From positions 3,266 to 67,265 of the forward strand of contig CAYUNP010000002.1 in NCBI GenBank assembly GCA_964446085.1: a stretch of 64,000 bases of DNA, in the 5' to 3' direction. Shown piece by piece: positions 52,014-61,380 of the stretch. Position 1 is the stretch's first letter. Each line of letters opens with the position of its first letter. Both the position numbers and the translations under genes were made by a program. Source of the stretch: an uncultured Pirellulaceae bacterium (GTDB lineage Bacteria > Planctomycetota > Planctomycetia > Pirellulales > Pirellulaceae). The notes under the pieces are model-generated. The model made no database searches. It was not told where the DNA came from and worked only from the letters and a program-made list of their open reading frames with translations.

Positions 52014-52050
52014 AAGCCTTCACCGCATGGATGCGGTGAGGGCTTTTCTT
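52014..52050 (+). terminator. Rho-independent terminator
   Basis: AAGCCTTCACCGCAT-GG-ATGCGGTGAGGGCTT followed by TTCTT. Confidence 0.8.
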
Positions 52051-52148
52051 CGTTGCACTACCTGAAACCAGTGTTCCTCGATGGGCGTTTTGACCCTGTC
52101 AGGATCGATGGATTCCTTCAGCCTTCCGCGGTGTTTCGTCGCGAAACC

Positions 52149-54116
52149 CTACAGATCCATGGACGCTTTCCAACGGACAAAACCTTCGATCGCTTCGTAC
52201 TCGGCAAGACCAAGCCGGTCATAGAGTTCAGCAGTTTCGCGGTTTCTGTCCTGAGCACGTTTCCAAAACTCACGCTTGTCGGGACCAGGAAACAAAGCTC
52301 GATCCTTCTGCGATTCGTGCTTGAAGATGGCAACTCTTTTGCGTTCAACTTCCTGTGGGCTCAGCGGAACCGCCATCTCGATCTCGCCAGGATCCCATTC
52401 TTGCCAGGCTCCACGATAAAGCCAAAACTCGCAGTCCGATTTCCAGTCATCGTCATGGCAAGCTTCATAGGCTTTGATGACTGCTGACAAACAGGTTCGA
52501 TGCGTGCCATGCGGATCAGATAAATCACCCGCTGCGTAAATCAGATGTGGCTTGATCGAACGAAGCAAATCGACCGTAAGCTGAACATCAGCATCACCCA
52601 ACGGCAGTTTCTTGACACGTCCTGTTTCATAGAACGGCAACTCCATAAAGTGCAATCGCTCGTTGGGAACGCCACAAAGCCTCGCCGCACAACGTGCTTC
52701 ACCTCTGCGGATCAGCCCCTTGATGGTTTGCACTTCGCGACTGTCGACCTGCCCTGCCTTCTTGTTACGAAGAAACTCATCGACATGGGTCTCCAGTTCC
52801 GAAATCTTCGCCGAATCAATATCGAACATTCTCGAGAACTCGTCGACAAACTCGGTGAATCGAATCGCGTCTTCATCGAATACGGCGATGTTTCCGGAAG
52901 TCTGATAAGCCACGTGAACTTCATGGCCCTGATCGGCCAAACGAATCAGCGTTCCACCCATTGAGATCACGTCATCATCCGGATGGGGTGAAAAAATCAC
53001 TGCGCGTTTCGGGAAAATGTCGTCGTGGGTGAGTGACAAATCGCCCGGCAGTTTTTTACTGGCTGGTTTTCCGCCGGGCCAACCCGTGATCGTGCGCTGC
53101 ATCGAACGAAAGACGGCAATATTGATATCGTAAGCAGGCCCCTGCTCGGCCAGCATGTCCTGGAGACCATTCTCGTTATAGTCTTCCTCGGTTAATTTCA
53201 GGATCGCCTTGTCCAACTTCCGTGCCAGCCAAATCGTGGCTTTGCGAACTTTTTCCTGGTCCCAACTGACGACACCAGTAAGCCACGGAGACGCTGTGCG
53301 TGTCAAACTTTCTGACGCAGGTCGATCAATCAGAATCTGAACTCCGGCATGTCCCTGCAAAAACGTTGCTGGGATCTGAGGCGAGACATCGCCTTCAACG
53401 GTCCGCGTCACGATCGGTGCTTTGTGTTCACCGAAGGCGATCAGGAATACCCGTTTCGCGTCAAGGATCGTGCCGACTCCCATTGTGAGTGCACGTCTTG
53501 GAACGTTTTCAATTCCAAAGAAATCGCTGGCAGCGTCGATCCGTGTCACCCGGTCCAGCGTGATCAACCGCGTACGGGAATTCTTCCCCGACCCCGGCTC
53601 ATTGAAACCGATATGCCCGGTTCGACCGATTCCCAGAAGTTGAAAGTCAATTCCGCCCGCATCGATAATTTTTTGCTCGTAATCAACGCAGTACTGAGCA
53701 ACGTCTTCTATCGAAAGTGTGCCGTCGGGAATGTTGATGTTCTCGGGTTTGATATCGATACTATCGAACAGGTGCTCCCGCATGAATCGAACATAACTCT
53801 GCAGTTCATTTGGCTGAACAGGAAAGTACTCGTCAAGATTGAACGTGATGACGTTCTGAAACGAGAGCCCTTCCTCTTTGTGCATGCGCACCAGTTCGTT
53901 ATAGACACCGACGGGCGTCGAACCGGTTGCCAGTCCCAGCACACAATTTTTATTCTCCGCAGCACGCGAGTTTATAAGACTGGCGATTTCGCCGGCAACG
54001 TACGAAGCGATTTCGGTAGAGTTCCTGAAGATTCGACAGTCAAGATTTTCAAACCGAGTCTGTTCAGGACTCAGACTGCTCAATTTCTTTTTAAGTGTCA
54101 TTGTGTGCTGATTCAT
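52149..54116 (-). CDS. nagB: Glucosamine-6-phosphate deaminase fused to a PIG-L/LmbE deacetylase-like domain
   Basis: LGLATGSTP, FNLDEY, LGIGRTGHIGFNEPGS, then FSPHPDDDVISMGGT and DPHGTHR. ATG 54116 (or 54101) preferred over 54251. Confidence 0.93.
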   Translation of the reverse strand: MNQHTMTLKKKLSSLSPEQTRFENLDCRIFRNSTEIASYVAGEIASLINSRAAENKNCVLGLATGSTPVGVYNELVRMHKEEGLSFQNVITFNLDEYFPVQPNELQSYVRFMREHLFDSIDIKPENINIPDGTLSIEDVAQYCVDYEQKIIDAGGIDFQLLGIGRTGHIGFNEPGSGKNSRTRLITLDRVTRIDAASDFFGIENVPRRALTMGVGTILDAKRVFLIAFGEHKAPIVTRTVEGDVSPQIPATFLQGHAGVQILIDRPASESLTRTASPWLTGVVSWDQEKVRKATIWLARKLDKAILKLTEEDYNENGLQDMLAEQGPAYDINIAVFRSMQRTITGWPGGKPASKKLPGDLSLTHDDIFPKRAVIFSPHPDDDVISMGGTLIRLADQGHEVHVAYQTSGNIAVFDEDAIRFTEFVDEFSRMFDIDSAKISELETHVDEFLRNKKAGQVDSREVQTIKGLIRRGEARCAARLCGVPNERLHFMELPFYETGRVKKLPLGDADVQLTVDLLRSIKPHLIYAAGDLSDPHGTHRTCLSAVIKAYEACHDDDWKSDCEFWLYRGAWQEWDPGEIEMAVPLSPQEVERKRVAIFKHESQKDRALFPGPDKREFWKRAQDRNRETAELYDRLGLAEYEAIEGFVRWKASMDL

Positions 54117-54475
54117 CGCATCCCGCTCAATAAACAACAATTGAATTCCATCCGGAAAACATCTCGCTCGCCAGTACAGATCTTGTTCGATTGTAAGCAA
54201 TGTAATGCAGTTAACCGAGTGGTGAACCGGGCAAACCGGCGACGTTTTCAATCAATCAAATCAAAAGGACGCGGTCGTCAGAATGAGGGCAGACCACGGT
54301 TCTACAGTGAGTTACTTACCCAATTGGATTATCCTGGCTCGTTGATTTGATCCCATTTTGCATCTCCAGAGCTGTCTGCAATGGCCGTTGAAGAACATTG
54401 TTCGTAAGGAATTCCTGCGTCCAACGCCTAAATAGTGACAAATTGAAAATCATTCCGAGCATGAACGGAGAAATC

Positions 54476-56278
54476 ATGGGTACCAAAGTCCGCCCACCTG
54501 GCCGTATATCGATCACCTTTCTTTTGGCTGTCATTGCCCTGACACTGCTCGGTTCGATCGCTGAACAGGCGGAAGCTCGCGGCAAGAAGTTTGGCTTTCG
54601 TGGCGGATTCCGGGGAGGTTTTGGACGGTCTTTCAAACGCAGTGGATTCCATCGTTCGTTCAAGCCAAGCGGATTCAATCGTTCGTTCAAGAAGGCCAGT
54701 GTCTTCAAGAAGCAGCGTTTCGGATCGTTTCGCCGATTTGGCTTCAATGGATTTCGCGGATTTGGTCGCTCCAAGTTTAACTCGTTAGCATTTCGCGGTC
54801 GCCGATTCGGTTCTGGTGGCTTTAACAAGTTCAATAAATTTTCCAGCGTTGGTTTTCGTGGCAGTCGAAGAGGCTTCAACACGTTCAAACCAGGCTTCAA
54901 CACATTCGCATTCAGTCACTTTCCGGTACAACGTTTTCACTCCGGCTTTGCGACATTCAATCATCCAAAATCGTTCGTGGCCAACAGTTTTTCAGGCGGC
55001 CCGAATCACTTTACGTCAGTCCGATTTCCGAGTCACGTTGCAAACGGTGCAGGCTGGACTTATCTGGCCAAAGGGCAACCTGTGAATGCCAAGACGGCCT
55101 TCGTCGACGACATCTCTGCAGGCGGTTCGCCGGGAATCGCCCGAGTCGGATTTGCACTTGCTTCGGCAGACAACGGTGAACTGGATCGTGGCGTCTGGGC
55201 TATGCGACGGGCGTTCGCAGCTGACAAAGACATGGCGGCTTCACTGATGATGGATGAAGAAATGAGCGAAATTGTTGCTCGCGTCACCCGCCTGTACGAA
55301 CAACGCATGGAAGACAAAGGAACCAATTCGGAAGACGCATTCATGCTGGCTGCGATGTACCAACTGCAGGGCGATCCTGAGATGGCGATGATGGCAATGG
55401 ACTATGCCTTGAACACTGGTGACAAAAATGTTTCAACAATCTACCTGAATCAGCTGATCGAAAGTGAAATGTCAACCATCCCGATGACCAACAGCGTTGG
55501 CTGGGAATTGCTCGCCAAGGGCGACAATGTTGAAGCTGCGAGGACGTTCATCGATGAGATCGGCAAAGACGAAATGGCCGGAGCACCAAAACTGGGCTAC
55601 GCCCTGGCGATGGCTGCTGGAGGCGATTTGGAAAAGGGTACCTGGGCGATACGTCGTGCTTTTGATGTTGATCCGGAAGGGACTTCCGATGTGGTGATCA
55701 GCGGCAAACTTCGCTCGGTCGTCGAAAGCGTCACCGAGAAGTATGTCGCCGACGCGGAGACCAACGGAATCGGCAAGGACAACTCCTATTCGCTGGCGAC
55801 TTTGTTCATGCTGCAAGGCGATATCGAAGCGGCTGAGTTGGTCGCCAAAAATTCTCCTGTCGATCAGGACTCCTATGTTGTCACGATGATCGTCAACGAA
55901 ATGAAATCGCAGATGACCATGATGGACGAAGCCATGTCCAAAATGGACGACGCCAAAGAACATAGCTACGATGAATTCGTGGCTTCTGAAAAAACGTCTT
56001 CAGTGGAAGATTCAATCAGTGAGGGTTCTGGCAGCAAGAATCCAATCCTGGTTGAGGCACCAGTCCCTGAGGGATCGTCCAGCAAGAATCCTGTTCCGCA
56101 GCAAGGTTCGGGCACCAAAGAACCGCCTGTTGCTGCTCAAGGTTCCTCCAGCAAGAACCCTGTTGAAGAAACACCGGACAACGAATTGCCCCTGCTGGGC
56201 TCGGGCAGTAGAACACCGGTTACCAACGGTTCGGGCACCAGGACACCTGCCAGCCAGGGATCAGGCAGCAGGTTTTGA
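54476..56278 (+). CDS. Secreted protein: Phe/Gly/Arg-rich low-complexity region, duplicated TPR-like domain, GSGS/T repeat tail
   Basis: GGAG RBS and signal peptide; duplicated GW..LAKG...FALA/YALA..G.L..G.WA.RRAF..D; C-terminal GS(G/S)(S/T)(K/R) repeats. Confidence 0.7.
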   Translation: MGTKVRPPGRISITFLLAVIALTLLGSIAEQAEARGKKFGFRGGFRGGFGRSFKRSGFHRSFKPSGFNRSFKKASVFKKQRFGSFRRFGFNGFRGFGRSKFNSLAFRGRRFGSGGFNKFNKFSSVGFRGSRRGFNTFKPGFNTFAFSHFPVQRFHSGFATFNHPKSFVANSFSGGPNHFTSVRFPSHVANGAGWTYLAKGQPVNAKTAFVDDISAGGSPGIARVGFALASADNGELDRGVWAMRRAFAADKDMAASLMMDEEMSEIVARVTRLYEQRMEDKGTNSEDAFMLAAMYQLQGDPEMAMMAMDYALNTGDKNVSTIYLNQLIESEMSTIPMTNSVGWELLAKGDNVEAARTFIDEIGKDEMAGAPKLGYALAMAAGGDLEKGTWAIRRAFDVDPEGTSDVVISGKLRSVVESVTEKYVADAETNGIGKDNSYSLATLFMLQGDIEAAELVAKNSPVDQDSYVVTMIVNEMKSQMTMMDEAMSKMDDAKEHSYDEFVASEKTSSVEDSISEGSGSKNPILVEAPVPEGSSSKNPVPQQGSGTKEPPVAAQGSSSKNPVEETPDNELPLLGSGSRTPVTNGSGTRTPASQGSGSRF

Positions 56279-56331
56279 CTTGCTTCGCTGGACTCAGCGT
56301 TCTACTGAAGAAGATCGTTCTACTGAAAGAT

Positions 56332-56859
56332 TCAATTCGCGAATGAGGCTTTGGCAAGTTTGAACTGGTCGAGCAACTGGCTTACCGGGATTCGCCCAGC
56401 GACCCGGTTGCCATCAATGCGGCCACCGATTTCTTTACCTTGAAGATCGTGAACGCGAAGAACCGGGTAGCTGCCAAAGTGCTCATTGAATCGTTTGTAC
56501 TGTGATGAGTCACCGAGCGTGTCGATGAACACAGGGACGAAGTCAGCAGAAGCGGCGACGACGTTTTTGTTAACAAGCGGACCGCTTGCAAATCCTCGAC
56601 ACCCGGCTCAGCCAGGGTTTTCGCCAAAATGTAGCCACACCGGCCGGTTGGTTTGTTTTGCATCAGCCAAAGCATCGTCGTAGTTTACATACCAGTCGAT
56701 TGAACCAATGCGGACTGTCTCCGCGTTCGCATTCAATCCGACACTGGAAGTGCTGCCTTGGCCAGGAGCCAGGGCGGTTGAATTTTCCGGTGTGCCGGAA
56801 CAGCCTAACAGGGCGAGTGTTGTTACCAACGTTCCGATTACGAGCAAGTACTTTTTCAT
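56332..56859 (-). CDS. Thioredoxin-fold lipoprotein with in-frame UGA in a UxxC motif (putative selenoprotein, 175 aa, Sec84)
   Basis: Track ORFs 56608..56880 and 56332..56532 are in the same frame. Reading through TGA 56610-56608 gives WLHFGENPG-U-AGCRGF with no further stop to 56332. AAGGA RBS, lipobox LLGC, and a Trx-like W..YDDALADAKQTNRPVWLHF motif. Confidence 0.85.
56573..56589 (-). promoter_or_regulatory. Candidate bacterial SECIS hairpin
   Basis: GCAAGC-GGTCC-GCTTGT starts 19 nt after the UGA; the apical loop begins with G about 25 nt downstream of the UGA. Confidence 0.6.
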
Positions 56860-57073
56860 CGAGTTGTCCTTTTCAGACATGTAGAATCGCCGCTGTCCGG
56901 CGCTGCGAGACAGGATTGAACGGTCATCGTCCCGGTAACACTACGTCAAAGATCAGCCACCGGCCATTGCATTTTTCGTTTCGGTGGACCTGCTTACTCA
57001 ATGGATGCACCGAATGAGCGCTTCTGTCAATGAAAACAAACGTTTCACAGGCTACGGAAAGACGCCAGCCACA

Positions 57074-58450
57074 TCAGGACGTCCGCAGTTCCGTCTTGAG
57101 CACTGAATCCATGGCGTCTTCGGCGATCGTGATGCTTTCGTTGACGTTCAGATTGCCTTTTAGGATGTAGGATGAATTGACAACGTAAAGACCATCAACG
57201 GACGAATTCATCTGTGGCAAAGATTCACTGTACCGAAGTGTTGGAATCGCCATCACGTTTCGAACACGGGAAATCTCAAACGCAAGCACATCATCACGAG
57301 AAAAATCCGGGTACATTCGTTCAAGCGCCGCGAGGAAACTCTCTCTTACTTCCTCGTCAGACATCTCAAACATTTCGTGCTCGGCCGGAATGTATTTTGG
57401 CAAGTAGACCAGCGAGTTGCCGCCAAGCTCTTTAGGATCGACGATGGTTGTCATTTCGATCACCGCCGTCATCGGAACCCAATCGTCGGTCAAGTTCGTG
57501 ACGTAGTAAACCGAAAGCGGCTTCTTCAGCAGCAGTGAAGCACACACGATGCCGAGGTAACTGACGTTGCTGAACTGTTGCTTTTCCTTTTGACTCAGAT
57601 CAACACAAACCCGTTCAAGAATCGCATTGGGCGTCGTCATGATGACGCGATCAAACTCAGTCGCTGACGTGTCGCCGGCAAATTCGATCCTGAATTTTCC
57701 ATCGGGCTGTTTCTCAACTTTTGAAGTTGGGCATCCAGTCCTGACCGTAACGCCATTCTCATGCAGGACGTCTTCCATCCGTTGGATGATCGTACGATAG
57801 CCACCTTCGACGTAGCCGAACATCTCCTTCTTGAGTCCCGTTCGACGAGCTTTATACATGCGGCTCGTGTGCGCCCAAATGAATGAGGCCGCTGTCTTCC
57901 TGTAGGCTTCGCCAAGTTTACACTTCAAAAGCGGTTCCCATATCTTTTCAAAGACGCTGTTTCCGGACCAGCGACGGAGCCATTTCTCAACCGTCAATTT
58001 TTCGAGACGTTTCCAGTTTTTGATTCGTGAGGCATAGAAAATCGTTCCTCCAAGTCGAAGTTTTTCGATCAGATTCAGTGGCGGGAACGAAAGAAACTCT
58101 TTCGTGTCCGACATCGAATAAAACTTGCCGCCCGTATAGAAACCGGTTTTCGTCTCAACCCATTTCATTTTGTCTTCGAGACCAATTTCAGAAATCAGGT
58201 TTCGAAGCCGGGAATCAGAAAGCAACGTTACGTGATAGTGGCGATCCCAAACAATGTCGCCAAGGTTCCAGACCGAAGCCAATCCGCCCAGAACGGGTGC
58301 GGCTTCGATTAGCGTAACGTTGTGGCCAGCTTTAGCCATCCGCATCGCAAGGGTCAGTCCCAGCATGCCTCCGCCGACGATCGCCCATTTTTTTTCTGCG
58401 GCGTTTTGAGTTGTTTCGTCATTTGGAATTGAGATGGATTGAACGTTCAT
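57074..58450 (-). CDS. NAD(P)/FAD-dependent oxidoreductase (amine oxidase/protoporphyrinogen oxidase-like)
   Basis: AIVGGGMLGL, EAAPVLGGLA, WDRHYHV. ATG 58450 preferred; the upstream extension to 58891 overlaps the GT2 gene. Confidence 0.85.
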   Translation of the reverse strand: MNVQSISIPNDETTQNAAEKKWAIVGGGMLGLTLAMRMAKAGHNVTLIEAAPVLGGLASVWNLGDIVWDRHYHVTLLSDSRLRNLISEIGLEDKMKWVETKTGFYTGGKFYSMSDTKEFLSFPPLNLIEKLRLGGTIFYASRIKNWKRLEKLTVEKWLRRWSGNSVFEKIWEPLLKCKLGEAYRKTAASFIWAHTSRMYKARRTGLKKEMFGYVEGGYRTIIQRMEDVLHENGVTVRTGCPTSKVEKQPDGKFRIEFAGDTSATEFDRVIMTTPNAILERVCVDLSQKEKQQFSNVSYLGIVCASLLLKKPLSVYYVTNLTDDWVPMTAVIEMTTIVDPKELGGNSLVYLPKYIPAEHEMFEMSDEEVRESFLAALERMYPDFSRDDVLAFEISRVRNVMAIPTLRYSESLPQMNSSVDGLYVVNSSYILKGNLNVNESITIAEDAMDSVLKTELRTS

Positions 58451-58569
58451 GTTGATTCTCGAAACGGTAGGAAAACCACAGCGTGATTGTGTTTGGGCCT
58501 CACGCGCGTCACGGCACCACGTTTGACCAGTCGATAGCCACAGGCGACGGCAGTTGGCGTGAGCTGCTT

Positions 58570-59442
58570 TTAGTAGCCGCCGAAACGTCGCTTCAGCAGC
58601 AACTTCAACGTCATGCTGACGGTCCGACCGACGTTCATTTTGCTCAAGCCCTGTTTTTGGTCGTAACGCAACAGGAAAGGCACTTCGCCGAAAACAAACT
58701 TGAACTTTCGCATCTTCAACAGCACATCCGCCATACAGGAAAATCCTTTCTCGCTGACGAACTGGTCGCCGTAGTGGTCCATCGTTTTCTTGAGCACATC
58801 GAAACGATAAGCACGATAGCCGCAGGTGTAGTCGCGTACTCCCGGGATCGGCATGATCAGCTGAAACAGAAGTTTCGCGCCGTAAGTACACAGAATGCGA
58901 AATCGTGGCACCCCAACAACGCGAGCACCTGCCTGATAACGCGACGCAGTGACCACGTCGTAGCCTTCAGCGATCTTTTGTAGCAGCGGATTGATAAACG
59001 CCGGAGGATGCGTATCGTCACCGTCCATCGTGACAATCACGTCGCCCGGCTTGCCCAATCCAACGGCAGCCGTCAAGCCGCTGCGGAGTGCTCCGGGAAG
59101 GTTTTGATTCCTGATGTGTTGCACCAGCGAAACGGGCATCTCAGCCGCAGCATCGATCGCAATTTCTGCCGTATCATCAGTGCTCGCATCATCAACAACG
59201 ATCACGTGATAAGCTCGGCCGTTGTCGGAAAAAAATCGTCGAATGCGATCCAACAACAGTGGCAACCCTTCCGCCTCGTTGTAGGCTGGCAAAACGACGA
59301 ACGTCATTCCGGTGTCAATGTCATCGTAGGTCGACGTGACTTCTGCGATCTTTGTGACAACATTCGAATCGTGAGCGAACAGCGTGCTTGGTTCATCCGA
59401 ATCTGAAAAACCGTGATTTTGTGGCAGTGTTGTTGATGCCAT
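58570..59442 (-). CDS. GT2 glycosyltransferase (polyprenol-phosphate glycosyltransferase-like)
   Basis: VVLPAYNE, VVDDASTD, TMDGDDTH, ASRY, RDYTCGYRAY. Confidence 0.9.
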   Translation of the reverse strand: MASTTLPQNHGFSDSDEPSTLFAHDSNVVTKIAEVTSTYDDIDTGMTFVVLPAYNEAEGLPLLLDRIRRFFSDNGRAYHVIVVDDASTDDTAEIAIDAAAEMPVSLVQHIRNQNLPGALRSGLTAAVGLGKPGDVIVTMDGDDTHPPAFINPLLQKIAEGYDVVTASRYQAGARVVGVPRFRILCTYGAKLLFQLIMPIPGVRDYTCGYRAYRFDVLKKTMDHYGDQFVSEKGFSCMADVLLKMRKFKFVFGEVPFLLRYDQKQGLSKMNVGRTVSMTLKLLLKRRFGGY

Positions 59443-59626
59443 GGGTCGCTCGAACCTGATTACCAAATAAAATGCCTGGTCGTGAGGTGAGTTTCCATCA
59501 TAATCTCGCAGTGGAGTCTCTTAGTCCCTCAACTGGCCAGATAGAGCCGATTGCTGCGTCATTGAGAACCGCATATTGGCTGCCTTTAACGACTGTTCCG
59601 ATTTTAAGCTAATCCCGATTTCCCCG

Positions 59627-60727
59627 ATGAATGACGCCCATTTCGAACAGCTGGCCCAGCAATGGCAGGAACGGTCCACTGAGCTTGGCGAATGGGTGAT
59701 GGAATACTGGGTCAACCGCCGGGACATCTGGGGGCGTTACCTCGCCGACAAGTATCGTGGCCAATCCAATACTGGAGCGGTAAAGAACAAAGCGATCACG
59801 GCTCCATTCGCTCGAGAGAGAGGCAAAATTTCGTTGCAGTTGAAGTCGCTGGTCAAGCACTTCAGAGCCAGAGATGGCTCGGGCCTGCTGGGGGTCCATT
59901 CCCAGGCGGCCAACGGAACCTGCCGCTGGTTCGCCATCGACATCGATTACCACACGCCTGATGACTACACCGGATCCCGGGAGGCCAACTACCTCGCAGC
60001 AACGACGTGGCTAAAGCGTTTACAGTCGAGCGGTTTTGATCCATTGCTGATGGATTCAAACGGCGACGGCGGTTATCACTTGCTACAGTTCTTCGCCAGC
60101 CCGATGAATACGGACACGGTTCGTCCATTCATGAAAGCGCTGACCTCAGACTATCAAACGCTGGGACTCGATCATGCTCCTGATCTGTTTCCAGGGACGC
60201 ATGGCTCAAACCATTTCGGCAGTTGGCTAAGGTTGCCGGGTTTGCATCACACACGAAAGCACTTCACTCGCGTTTTTAATGACGAGCCATTTGCGGAGTC
60301 CGAATGGCTTGCAGGGCATGACGCGATCGATCGCATGCTTGCAACTCAACCAGCGAGCGAAGGAATCCTTGAACAGAATGGTATCACTTCGAAGCGGCTA
60401 ACGGTTTGTTTGGACTTTGACGGCGTGATTCACTCTTACCAGTCTGGCTGGCAAGGAGCGGATGTTGTGGCGGATCCTCCGATCCACAAAGTTGATGTTG
60501 CGATTCGAAACCTGAGAAAGGACTTTCGCGTCGTCGTTCATTCGGCTCGCTGCAATACCGAAGAGGGCCGGGCCGCGATTGCTCGCTGGTTAGCGAAACA
60601 CCAAATCGAAATAGACGAAATTTGCGAACACAAACCACCGTCTCATGTCTACGTGGACGATCGGGCTGTTCAGTTTTCTGGTGACTGGGAGCAAACGATT
60701 GCGGATGTCAAAGCGTTTCGAAAGTAG
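59627..60727 (+). CDS. AEP (archaeo-eukaryotic primase)-like domain fused to a HAD-superfamily phosphatase
   Basis: N-terminal RWFAIDID (DxD), SNGDGGYH (SxxGxH) and WLRLPG; C-terminal CLDFDGVIHSY, HSAR, KPP and YVDDRAV. Confidence 0.65.
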   Translation: MNDAHFEQLAQQWQERSTELGEWVMEYWVNRRDIWGRYLADKYRGQSNTGAVKNKAITAPFARERGKISLQLKSLVKHFRARDGSGLLGVHSQAANGTCRWFAIDIDYHTPDDYTGSREANYLAATTWLKRLQSSGFDPLLMDSNGDGGYHLLQFFASPMNTDTVRPFMKALTSDYQTLGLDHAPDLFPGTHGSNHFGSWLRLPGLHHTRKHFTRVFNDEPFAESEWLAGHDAIDRMLATQPASEGILEQNGITSKRLTVCLDFDGVIHSYQSGWQGADVVADPPIHKVDVAIRNLRKDFRVVVHSARCNTEEGRAAIARWLAKHQIEIDEICEHKPPSHVYVDDRAVQFSGDWEQTIADVKAFRK

Positions 60728-60742
60728 GCTGTTTTGAGCGAG

Positions 60743-61231
60743 ATGGATGACGACGAGCAAGTAACGGCGTGGCACGAAGCAGGGCACGCGATCATGGCTT
60801 TGCTTTGTGGCGGGCAGATCGAGCGAGTTACCCTTGAGCCACCATACGATGACGGCCCCGCTCGTTTTGGGGATACGGTTACCCACTGGAGGGGCCTTTC
60901 ACAGCAGCAAATGCTGGAAGCTGAGATCCAAGTCAGTCTGGCGGGTCCCGTTTCGGAAATGATCTACCGTGACGAAACTTTCCCTTTGGACTCATACCCC
61001 GAATGGATGTCAGACTGGGCAACTGCTTATAACGCGGCCATGATACTGACAAAGAACAACAATCTGTTGGCCAATTCAGTTCTTGACGGTGTGGCAAAAA
61101 AAATTAAAGACCTTTTTGAGCCTGCCAACACTTGGGCTGCAATTTCAGCTATCGCAGAAGATTTATTGGCCCACGAAACGCTGGATCATGAGCAAATTGC
61201 CTACAGTGTTGATTTTTGGAAACGTCGATAG
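60743..61231 (+). CDS. Stand-alone peptidase M41 (FtsH protease)-like domain
   Basis: AWHEAGHAIMA (HExxH) and SLAGPVSE; no AAA domain. Confidence 0.7.
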   Translation: MDDDEQVTAWHEAGHAIMALLCGGQIERVTLEPPYDDGPARFGDTVTHWRGLSQQQMLEAEIQVSLAGPVSEMIYRDETFPLDSYPEWMSDWATAYNAAMILTKNNNLLANSVLDGVAKKIKDLFEPANTWAAISAIAEDLLAHETLDHEQIAYSVDFWKRR

Positions 61232-61380
61232 GGCCGGGGTTTACGTGTTTTTGGATACAGTTGTGAACAAAACGAATTCTGTTCGGTTTGGCTTCCTACG
61301 TTATTCCTAAAAAATAAAAGGTAAGTATCAGATCCCGACGCGTCAAAGGTACCAACGAACACAGACCGGCAGAGGGTAAG

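Noticed and set aside
53349-54350. 333-aa plus-strand ORF
   Set aside because: Antisense shadow of nagB.
56298-56327. 12-bp direct repeat CGTTCTACTGAA x2 between convergent genes
   Set aside because: Only two copies with a 6-nt spacer; not CRISPR and most likely a local duplication.
56608-56880. Treating the 90-aa and 66-aa ORFs as separate genes or a pseudogene
   Set aside because: Same frame, a single TGA at the catalytic position and a SECIS-like hairpin make Sec recoding the better explanation.
58451-58891. N-terminal extension of the 605-aa oxidoreductase ORF
   Set aside because: It overlaps the GT2 gene in another frame; the FAD-binding motif begins just after ATG 58450.
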